A stretch of 14,117 bases of DNA from Promethearchaeota archaeon (GTDB lineage Archaea; Asgardarchaeota; Lokiarchaeia; Sigyniarchaeales; SOKP01): NCBI GenBank assembly GCA_048941265.1, contig JBHLNT010000106.1:1-14117 (forward strand). Direction: 5' to 3'. Positions 1 to 7,959 of this stretch are shown in pieces (within the stretch, counting starts at the first letter, position 1; each line of letters begins with the position of its first letter). The notes under the pieces were generated by a model, which worked only from the letters and a program-made list of their open reading frames with translations, was not told where the DNA came from and did no database searches. Position numbers and translations under genes: made by a program.

Positions 1-248
1 AATACTTTCTATTAAAAATTTTAATTTTTGAGATTATCTTTCAAAAAATATGTGAGTTTTATAGTGTATAATTATTTTAAACCATTAGTTTCATATTTAT
101 CGACAAATCAGTCAAAGATTACAAATTAGTTGGGATATTTTTTTCACTACTTCTTAAATATATTATAAAAATGAAGTTAAAAAGCATAGATAAGTTTACT
201 ATAATCAATAAGACATTTGGAATTTAATTCATAATTTCTTGAAAAGAG

Positions 249-698
249 TTGTTTGAAATTAAAGAAAAGTTTGTTCCCATCCAAATTGATCAAAATCAAT
301 GTCTGCGCTGTGAGAGATGTTTAAGGGCATGTAAAGCTAAAGCAATTTATTTTGAGAATGGCATTCGGCTTGTGGATTATTCAAAATGTAAGGCTTGTTT
401 AAATTGTGTTCAGGTTTGTCCCAGAAACGCAGTTCAGGTGACATCTATACAGATTCCTAACCAAGTGTTATCCATTAAAATTGATCATAATAAATGTAAT
501 ATGTGTATGAAATGTGTCGAAGATAACGGTAAATTTTGCCCTAAAAATTTATTTTATGTGGATAAGGTTAAAAAAAACGGCGATGAAGTTGATGGAATTC
601 GATTTAAATTTAAGGAAATTGCCAAATGTCAAGGTTGCCTAAAATGTGAGTTAAGTTGTCCTCAAAATGCCCTTAAACCGGTAAAATTTGAGGATTAA
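249..698 (+). CDS. Polyferredoxin / 4Fe-4S binding protein (four clusters)
   Basis: Four ferredoxin motifs: CLRCERCLRAC, CKACLNCVQVCP, CNMCMKC-x7-CP, CQGCLKCELSCP. TTG start. Confidence 0.9.
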   Translation: MFEIKEKFVPIQIDQNQCLRCERCLRACKAKAIYFENGIRLVDYSKCKACLNCVQVCPRNAVQVTSIQIPNQVLSIKIDHNKCNMCMKCVEDNGKFCPKNLFYVDKVKKNGDEVDGIRFKFKEIAKCQGCLKCELSCPQNALKPVKFED

Positions 699-755
699 AG
701 ACAATTTTAAACCTAAATTTTTATTAAAACAAAATCAAGTAAATTCAAATTAAGT

Positions 756-1181
756 TCAATTAATTTTTAATGCGATAAGTACAACAGCTATTATTACTGT
801 AGTAATGAGATAAACAATAAACCACATTATGAATAAAATTATAACTATAAAGAGTACGAAGATCAATGACTGTTTAAGCTTTTTCTCATAAAATTTTGCA
901 GTACTAAGAGTACCAATCATTATATTAATTAAAAACGATAGTAATGCTGCAATAAATAAACCATAAACTACTTGTATCAAAATTATAAAGAGAATTAGAT
1001 TACAAACTAGCCAAAATAAATTTAAACGAATTGATGGTTTATAATTATCATTCCATTCTTCCTTTATTGCCCACCATCTTGTTATAATGATTCCAAGTAC
1101 AAAAACCACAAATGTAACGATTAAAATAGAATAAAGAGAGATAAAAAATCCCTGTGAAAGATTTTCTTCTAGAATAATCAT
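756..1181 (-). CDS. Hypothetical integral membrane protein (~4 TM)
   Basis: 141-aa ORF with long hydrophobic stretches. It fills the gap and converges on the polyferredoxin. No recognisable motif. Confidence 0.75.
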   Translation of the reverse strand: MIILEENLSQGFFISLYSILIVTFVVFVLGIIITRWWAIKEEWNDNYKPSIRLNLFWLVCNLILFIILIQVVYGLFIAALLSFLINIMIGTLSTAKFYEKKLKQSLIFVLFIVIILFIMWFIVYLITTVIIAVVLIALKIN

Positions 1182-1327
1182 AACAATCTATTCTATTTTA
1201 TCTTCCATTTGATTTTAAATTTAATATTTAAAAATGTTGAAGAACTCAGTTAACTTATTTTTATACGATATCTTTTAATGATTATATTAACATAATCGAG
1301 AGAATTAATTTTCATTAAGAAATAAAA

Positions 1328-2062
1328 GTGTATCAATTGATTAATAAAGAAAAACTCTTGAATGAAATTATAGCATGGGCTGTTATTGCTTTTTTAATTT
1401 CTTTTAGCTGTTTAATATTTTTTATTTATAAATCATCTGAAGAAATAATGTTTTCTATGAGAGTGGCTCTTTATTTTTTCAGACCTTACACTGTTCTCAC
1501 GCATGTAATTTTTCTTACAATCCTTGTAGAGGGATTAATTTTTAAAAGGGTAAATGATGAGTTGTATGCGGGAATTATGGCTTTTTTCGCGATTACGACA
1601 GCAATTATTGGTATAATTTTCATACTCATTCCAGAAATCATTTTCTTTACTCTTATATTTGTATTAACCATTAATGCTTATTTTAATAAGGAATTAACCT
1701 GGGATTTGAAAAAGACAGGCAAAATTTCACGGATTTTTGCAATTATTAGTTTTACTTTTGGTTTCTGGTATTTATTTTGGGTGGAGAGCCCTATTTGGGT
1801 AAATGCAATATTTCTCTCCCCTTTAGGAATTCTAAATAGCCCTACGTTACTAACAATCTGTGGTTTTCTTTGTATAAACAATGAACCAAGATCAAACAAA
1901 TTAGAGTTAGTTGTTGCGATAGTTTCTTTATGGATAGGAATAATAAACATCATAATATTTGGAATATATGTTGATATTGTGCTTCTTATCGTTGCCTTAT
2001 TTCTAATAATTCGCTTCGGCTATTATATCAGTAAGCAAAAAATAAATCAAAATCAAGTATAA
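1328..2062 (+). CDS. Hypothetical multi-pass membrane protein (possibly DUF6064-like)
   Basis: 244 aa, about 8 hydrophobic segments. SPLGILNSPTLLTICGFL loosely resembles the PCPTT motif of DUF6064-type proteins (recalled, unverified). Start (GTG) uncertain. Confidence 0.75.
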   Translation: MYQLINKEKLLNEIIAWAVIAFLISFSCLIFFIYKSSEEIMFSMRVALYFFRPYTVLTHVIFLTILVEGLIFKRVNDELYAGIMAFFAITTAIIGIIFILIPEIIFFTLIFVLTINAYFNKELTWDLKKTGKISRIFAIISFTFGFWYLFWVESPIWVNAIFLSPLGILNSPTLLTICGFLCINNEPRSNKLELVVAIVSLWIGIINIIIFGIYVDIVLLIVALFLIIRFGYYISKQKINQNQV

Positions 2063-2095
2063 AGTAAAAATCTATAACAATTATGGCTATAGTTT

Positions 2096-2659
2096 TTATG
2101 ATTTCTCCTTTATTTTATCGAGAATTAATTTTTTTATATCTGAAAAACTCTTAATCACATAAATACCTTCCATTTTCTTTAGTTTTTCTATATTTTCTAT
2201 TTCAATATCTCTAATTTTTAGAACTAATGGATCTCCATTAGGTCTGGAAGTAACAATTGGTTCAAAATCTTGGTCAGAAGGAAAGATATATACTGTTACT
2301 CCACCCTTTATTGCTTGTGCCACACTATTGGTTATTAAGGTGTCAGCTATTCCATAAACTATTTTTGCACAGGAATTCGCAGAAACTGGACAACATATAA
2401 ACATATCGTATTTGCCGATTTGAAGTGCTCCGGCAAAGAAAGGAATGTTAGGAGTTTTTTCAATATGAACCTTTTTCACTGTTTCTGTTAAATAAGTCCA
2501 TTGCTTATACCACTTTACTACGGCAGCACCTTCTTTTGAAAGCATAACGGTGATACTTATCTTTTCCCCAAATTCATCCTGTAATTCTTTCATTATGTCA
2601 ATTATTTCCTTAATCATATATCCAGTACCCGTCATACCAATCATTAATTTAAAAACCAT
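2096..2659 (-). CDS. afpA: Archaeal flavoprotein, AfpA / dihydromethanopterin-reductase-like (HFCD flavoprotein fold)
   Basis: GMTGTG FMN loop, PVSANSCAKIVYGIADTLITNSVAQAIKG and IFPSD signatures of the AfpA/DmrX family. GAGGA SD before the ATG. Confidence 0.8.
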   Translation of the reverse strand: MVFKLMIGMTGTGYMIKEIIDIMKELQDEFGEKISITVMLSKEGAAVVKWYKQWTYLTETVKKVHIEKTPNIPFFAGALQIGKYDMFICCPVSANSCAKIVYGIADTLITNSVAQAIKGGVTVYIFPSDQDFEPIVTSRPNGDPLVLKIRDIEIENIEKLKKMEGIYVIKSFSDIKKLILDKIKEKS

Positions 2660-2837
2660 TTTTAATCCTCTTTTTTTACTGTTAAGCTCTTTATAAATTA
2701 GAAAATTGGATAATAGATTTTCACATTTCTTTTAAATTATTAATTCCAATAATTCTTAAATTAAGTAATTGAAGGGTTATTTTAAAAAATATGATTTTCT
2801 TAATTATACATCAAGAAATATTTCTTTGGTTTTTTTA

Positions 2838-4076
2838 ATGAGTGAAAAAAAATATGTTTATTTAGATTATGCGGCTACAACTCCAATGGATCCTCGTGTA
2901 ATTGAAGAAATCAATAAACATTTTAGAGAAACGTATGGAAATTCTTCAAGCCTTCATTCATTTGGTCAAAAAGCGGGCAAATTATTAGAGCAATCACGCC
3001 AAACTATAGCAGATCTCATTAATGCCGACAGACAAGATATTATATTTACATCATCAGGAACGGAAGCAGACAATATGGCCATTACGGGAGTAGCCCTCCA
3101 AAATATGGATCGGGGGAATCATATCATAACATCGGCGATTGAGCATCATGCGATTGAAAATCCGTGTAGAGAATGGGATAATAGAGGTTTAGAAGTTACC
3201 TTTCTTCCTGTTGATAAATATGGTCTAATAAAATTAGAGGATTTACAAAATGCCATAACCGATAAGACTATTTTAATTAGTATCATGTTTGCAAACAATG
3301 AGATCGGAACGATTGAGCCGATAAAAGAGATCGGGGCGATTGCGCAAGAGCATAATATAATATTCCATACTGATGCTGTTCAAGCATTTGGTAAAGTTCC
3401 AATAGATGTCGAAGAGTTGAATATTGATTTATTATCGGCAAGCGCTCATAAAATATACGGTCCTAAAGGAATAGGACTTTTATATATGAGGAATAAAGGG
3501 ATCAAAAAGGGAATCGGAAAGTTCATAAGACCGATAATGTGGGGTGGTGGTCATGAAAAGGACATGCGTCCAAGTACTGTGGCAGTTCCCCTAATCGCGG
3601 GATTTGCCAAAGCCGTGGAAATTGCTAAAGAAGAAATGGTTGAAGAAGCAAAGCGCCAAGTTAAATTACGGGATAAAATCATTAACAGGGTTTTAGAAAA
3701 TATAGAAGATGTTTTTTTAAATGGTCATCCTACGCAACGTCTACCTAATAATGTAAATATAAGCTTCAAATATATAGAGGGAGAGTCTATAGTTCTAGAT
3801 TTGGATATGGAAGGGATCGGGGTGTCTACAGGTTCAGCATGCTCTTCAAAATCTTTAGAACCGTCTCATGTCTTGTTGGCAATCGGGCTGAGACCTGAAG
3901 AAGCACATGGTTCTTTGAGAGCTACTATAGGGAGATTTACGACTGAAGATGATATTGAGTATTTTTTAGAGAAATTGCCTCATGTCATTGAAAGATTAAG
4001 GAAAATGTCTCCTTTGAAAAAAGGAGTAAAATATATGTTTGATGATGCCCGTGAGAATGATCATCATCATGAGTAA
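2838..4076 (+). CDS. iscS: Cysteine desulfurase, group I (IscS/NifS)
   Basis: YLDYAATTP, FTSSGTEADN, HTDAVQA, SAHKIYGPKG (PLP lysine), STGSACSS (catalytic Cys). Start moved from TTG 2769 to ATG 2838 (MSEKKYVYLDY) to match the family N-terminus. Confidence 0.96.
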   Translation: MSEKKYVYLDYAATTPMDPRVIEEINKHFRETYGNSSSLHSFGQKAGKLLEQSRQTIADLINADRQDIIFTSSGTEADNMAITGVALQNMDRGNHIITSAIEHHAIENPCREWDNRGLEVTFLPVDKYGLIKLEDLQNAITDKTILISIMFANNEIGTIEPIKEIGAIAQEHNIIFHTDAVQAFGKVPIDVEELNIDLLSASAHKIYGPKGIGLLYMRNKGIKKGIGKFIRPIMWGGGHEKDMRPSTVAVPLIAGFAKAVEIAKEEMVEEAKRQVKLRDKIINRVLENIEDVFLNGHPTQRLPNNVNISFKYIEGESIVLDLDMEGIGVSTGSACSSKSLEPSHVLLAIGLRPEEAHGSLRATIGRFTTEDDIEYFLEKLPHVIERLRKMSPLKKGVKYMFDDARENDHHHE

Positions 4077-4110
4077 GATTTTTAGTATATTTAATAGTTA
4101 GAATATATCT

Positions 4111-4156
4111 AATAATGGTAAACGGTAAAGATATATAAATAAGTTTTACCATTATT
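4111..4156. promoter_or_regulatory. 12-bp perfect inverted repeat flanking a BRE/TATA-like element
   Basis: AATAATGGTAAA (4111-4122) and TTTACCATTATT (4145-4156) enclose AAAGATATATAAA, upstream of the ORF at 4197. Confidence 0.5.
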
Positions 4157-4196
4157 CAATTAAATTCTTGAACTATAGTTCGTTTGATACACTCTA

Positions 4197-5132
4197 ATGC
4201 TTAGGGAAGACGAGATTTTCAGGGAAAATTACGTAAAGATAAGATTAACATGCCCTAGATGTAAAAAGGAGAAATTTTTAAAAATTCCTACGGAATTAAC
4301 TAAACATAGCGAACATCTAACGACCATTTCGATTCCCTCTGATTTCGTTTGTAAACACAGTTTTCAAGCGTTTATAGATAAAGATTTTAATGTAAGGGCG
4401 TATCAAAATGCTGATTTTGAAATTACTAAAATTGAATTCTATGAAAGTGAACAGAAAGATAAGGAAGGTATAATTACTTACATTTTATCACAATTAATTA
4501 AAAATATAGTTGAAATACTACGTGAATCGTTAGTAGATAAACAGATTTTAGGGGGAGCAATATTTGATTTAGAGGGAAAAGTCATGTATTCTTCATTGCC
4601 GGATGAAATTTTTCTAGTTATGGTAAGCCAACTAGAGAATTTGCAAAAAAAGCAATCAATTCAAATAAAACAAACAATACTTCTGCTAGAAAATAGCGAA
4701 AAAATCTATTCTAAAATAATTCAACTTAAAGAAATTAGTTTAAATCTTGTATTATATATGTCTTCTGAACTTGATTTAAATGAAGCTGATAGTTATTTGG
4801 AAAATTTAATCGCAAAAATTAATGAATTAGAGAAACCTAAACAAAAATTAATCAAAGAAGATATAAAAATACAACAAACACCAAGTCAATATTGGATTTT
4901 TTCCAAAGTTAACTATACCTCCTCGCTCCAAGATGGTGATACGGTCTATATTGATTCTTTAGGTATAAGTGTTTCAAAATCTGTTATACTTAACCTTGAA
5001 GAAATTAAAAATAATCAAAAATTTGAGGGCAAAATTTATTTTACGCAAAAATATGTCAACCTAATGCAAGGATTAGCGTTAACTCTTAAAGATGCAGCAA
5101 TTTTTATGAGTAAATTAAATAAAATGTCTTGA
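4197..5132 (+). CDS. Lokiarchaeal-type protein: N-terminal CPxC...CxH zinc-binding module plus Roadblock/longin-like domain
   Basis: CPRCKKEKFLKIP...LTTISIP...CKHSFQAFIDKDFNVRAYQ followed by ILGGAIFDLEGKVMYSSLP, a Roadblock/MglB-like pattern. Domain assignment is by eye. Confidence 0.75.
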   Translation: MLREDEIFRENYVKIRLTCPRCKKEKFLKIPTELTKHSEHLTTISIPSDFVCKHSFQAFIDKDFNVRAYQNADFEITKIEFYESEQKDKEGIITYILSQLIKNIVEILRESLVDKQILGGAIFDLEGKVMYSSLPDEIFLVMVSQLENLQKKQSIQIKQTILLLENSEKIYSKIIQLKEISLNLVLYMSSELDLNEADSYLENLIAKINELEKPKQKLIKEDIKIQQTPSQYWIFSKVNYTSSLQDGDTVYIDSLGISVSKSVILNLEEIKNNQKFEGKIYFTQKYVNLMQGLALTLKDAAIFMSKLNKMS

Positions 5133-5145
5133 GCAGCAAAAAAAA

Positions 5146-5346
5146 TTAAATTTTTACAGAAATTCTTTGTTTGAATTTTACATAATCACATATCTTGCTC
5201 ACAGTTCTCACAGGACGGTCCCAGAATTGAAATAATATACCTTCACATTCTTTAATCTTTTTTGACCAAGAGCTAGAATAATTTTCGGGATTAATACAGA
5301 TTATTGGAATTGATAATCTTTTGGATAATTTTAAGGTAGGTCTGAT
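5146..5346 (-). CDS. Putative small protein (~66 aa) without a canonical start codon
   Basis: Stop-free frame of 77 codons (5379 to TAA at 5148-5146) fills the intergenic gap. GAGGA lies 7 nt before ATC at 5346. Not in the ORF track. Confidence 0.45.
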   Translation of the reverse strand: MRPTLKLSKRLSIPIICINPENYSSSWSKKIKECEGILFQFWDRPVRTVSKICDYVKFKQRISVKI

Positions 5347-5459
5347 TAAAATATCCTCAAGTTTAATTATGTAATTAACTTAATTTTTTTTTAAAGTTTG
5401 AAGGATTGATTTTCGGAAAAATCGTAAGAATTTTTTGTTACGCAAATTTGTATTAATTA

Positions 5460-7913
5460 ATGATTAACGAGGAATTTAAATTTTCAGATAAATCGATTTT
5501 AATAGAAGAATTGGCGAAATTAGGATCTTCTTTTAAAATTAAGTCCTATAATCAAAAACTAAAACTAATGGAAGATCAAAAAATTCCTCAAAAAGATATG
5601 AAAGAAGTATTAAATCACTTTTTTTCTAATGAAAATAAGATAATAAATCCCAAAACAAAAAATTCCATAAAAAAGATATTGTTTTCTCAAAAAGATCGTA
5701 TAATTATTGCGATAACTAACTCCGGAAGGGAAATTATTTGGAATCGAGATAAATTAATTAAAAAGTATGGTTGGTTTTTTTTTGTTTCTGAATCCGAAAA
5801 ACGTTTCATAGAAAAAAAATCCAAAAAATCTAAGAACTTTGAAAAAAAGGCAAAAAAAGAAGAGAAAACAATTAAAACAGAAGAATACAACTTCGATGAT
5901 ACTACTATTATTCTAAAGCAAAAAGAAAATATGCGACCTTTGTATAAGACAAAAGAATACTTTAAGTATTTTAAAAATATTAAATCAAAAAGAATTCCAC
6001 AGATGCCAATTAAAAAAGTATTAGATGATTTTTTTCTAAAAAATGAAGATATACCATTAAAAGAAAAAAAAACTATAGCTAAAATAATTTACTATACTGA
6101 AGATAAGGTTATTGTTGTTAAATCTTTAATCGGAGATAAAATGTATGAGAATCTGGATAAATTAGTAGATCATTACGGTTGGTATTTCTATATTACAGGC
6201 GTACCAGTGGGTAAAAGTGAAATTTCTATAGCTATAGATAAAATTGACAGAAAATTTGATGAAACTTTTTTTAAAGAGAAATCTCTTAAGGACGGAATAG
6301 AAAATGGGGAGAAGATTAGAGTAAGCCTTTATCCAGTTGCTTTAAAACCTAATCATAATTCATTAATTTTAGGTTTGGGAAAATTAAATATTTTATTAGA
6401 CTGCGGGATTACTGAAGAATATTTTGAATATATTGAAGATTATCAAAATAATTTTAACCAGCTAATAGCGGATAGTAGAGACACTAGAAAAATAATTACA
6501 GAATGGGGAAGTAAAGAAGGAAAATCTACAGACACTCAAAATACCCAAGAATCTGAAAATACTGAAAAAGTTGAATCTACAGAAGAAATCTTGTCTGAGA
6601 TTGAGAAAGAAGATGAGATTATTAAAAGTAAAGAAACTCAGGAGTTGTATATTCCTGAGGAAAAGAAATTATCATATATCCCAAAAATCGATGCTATATT
6701 TATATCCCACAGCCATTTTGATCATATTTCAGGTTTAAAAGATTTTATTAAACTAAATCCTGAGGTCCCAATTTTATGTTCAAGAATTACTTTGGATTTA
6801 TATTTGTTAAGAGATTCAGAATATTTAAAGCAGGAAAATCGGGAAGAAATCCAAGATCAAGAATATGTAAATATCGTTAAAAATGTAATATATGTTGAAA
6901 ACGGAGATAAGATTGAATTTGAAGAAAAAGGGTGTTATTTATCGTTCTACCATGCCGGACACATGCCAGGGGCCTTAATGATGTTAGCAAAAGTGCAAGA
7001 TTTTCGATTTTTATTTACAGGAGATTATACTTATTATGATATAACGCCATTTGCTGGTACCAGAAGATTTTTAGAACAAATTTCTCGTCCAATTGATTTT
7101 TTACTAATAGATGCTTCAAGCGCCCAAGAAGATTTCGGAAATCTATCAGATCAGTTTCATAGTTTAATCTTATTCTTAGAACAAAAAGCGGAATATGGAG
7201 ATAATTGTCTTATTGGTGCTGATCCATCAAGCTTAGCAATTACCTTTATGTTAATATTCTGGAGATACTTCAGAAAATTACAACTCAGAAAGGGCTTCAA
7301 GAAGAGACCTAATATTTATGTGGATCAGATGGTTCGAAAAAATATTCAAGTTATTAATCATAGATATGAATATATTTATGGTCCTATTTCTCGCTTAATC
7401 AGAGATAAAGCAAATCCATTTAATTCCATTAAATTTCGATGGTTTGACATTAGTGATTTAGATTTCTTACGAAAGAAAAATAATATCATTATATCACATC
7501 CACCGGATCTCTCATACGGGATTATTAGAAATATTATTAATGTGATAGGAAGAAACCCGCATAATTTAGTATTTCTTTCAGGTGCGATTCATGAAGACCC
7601 CGCATCAAGCTTGATTAATCCTCCTGAGTCAGATGAAAAAGCAGAAATGAAAGAGATTATCTTTTCTGATACATGGAAAATGCCTTTTCGAGCATTATTA
7701 ATAAATACCTTCGCACCTCAAATAAAAATAAAACTTCATGGGGATCGGACACAATTACGAGAAATGATTAAAAGTCTTGAACCAAAGGAAGTGTGCTTTT
7801 TTCATCAATCACCAAAAGCCCTGATTGATGTCGCAAGGGAAGTAGATCTCTCTTTTGATTTTGTTGATAAAGTATCAGTGCCACATAAGAGAAATCTCAT
7901 GATATTGAATTAA
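5460..7913 (+). CDS. Metallo-beta-lactamase / beta-CASP family nuclease (aCPSF-related) with duplicated N-terminal domain
   Basis: Motif 1 ILLDCG, motif 2 HSHFDH, motif 3 AGHMPG, motif 4 FTGDY, and beta-CASP motifs A (LIDAS), B (KLHGD), C (FFHQ). Confidence 0.85.
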   Translation: MINEEFKFSDKSILIEELAKLGSSFKIKSYNQKLKLMEDQKIPQKDMKEVLNHFFSNENKIINPKTKNSIKKILFSQKDRIIIAITNSGREIIWNRDKLIKKYGWFFFVSESEKRFIEKKSKKSKNFEKKAKKEEKTIKTEEYNFDDTTIILKQKENMRPLYKTKEYFKYFKNIKSKRIPQMPIKKVLDDFFLKNEDIPLKEKKTIAKIIYYTEDKVIVVKSLIGDKMYENLDKLVDHYGWYFYITGVPVGKSEISIAIDKIDRKFDETFFKEKSLKDGIENGEKIRVSLYPVALKPNHNSLILGLGKLNILLDCGITEEYFEYIEDYQNNFNQLIADSRDTRKIITEWGSKEGKSTDTQNTQESENTEKVESTEEILSEIEKEDEIIKSKETQELYIPEEKKLSYIPKIDAIFISHSHFDHISGLKDFIKLNPEVPILCSRITLDLYLLRDSEYLKQENREEIQDQEYVNIVKNVIYVENGDKIEFEEKGCYLSFYHAGHMPGALMMLAKVQDFRFLFTGDYTYYDITPFAGTRRFLEQISRPIDFLLIDASSAQEDFGNLSDQFHSLILFLEQKAEYGDNCLIGADPSSLAITFMLIFWRYFRKLQLRKGFKKRPNIYVDQMVRKNIQVINHRYEYIYGPISRLIRDKANPFNSIKFRWFDISDLDFLRKKNNIIISHPPDLSYGIIRNIINVIGRNPHNLVFLSGAIHEDPASSLINPPESDEKAEMKEIIFSDTWKMPFRALLINTFAPQIKIKLHGDRTQLREMIKSLEPKEVCFFHQSPKALIDVAREVDLSFDFVDKVSVPHKRNLMILN
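5469..6194 (+). repeat. Protein-level tandem duplication (aa 4-109 and aa 141-245)
   Basis: EEFKFSD/EEYNFDD, FKIKSY/YKTKEY and KIPQKDMKEVLNHFF/RIPQMPIKKVLDDFF align at a constant 137-aa offset. The units end in DKLIKKYGWFFFV/DKLVDHYGWYFYI. Confidence 0.85.
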
Positions 7914-7959
7914 ACTTATTCATAATCTCTAATAATACATTAAATATAGCATTATAAGA

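Noticed and set aside
1-248. Short AT-rich palindromes at the left end (e.g. TTTTTGA-N9-TCAAAAA)
   Set aside because: Expected by chance at this base composition and not repeated elsewhere in the window.
1486-1953. Minus-strand ORFs 1486-1671 and 1678-1953
   Set aside because: Antisense shadows of the membrane-protein gene with no motifs.
2769-2837. 23-codon N-terminal extension of IscS from TTG
   Set aside because: It lies in AT-rich promoter-like DNA, and family homology begins at ATG 2838.
5687-5890. 67-aa Phe-rich minus-strand ORF
   Set aside because: Antisense of Lys/Glu-rich codons of the nuclease.
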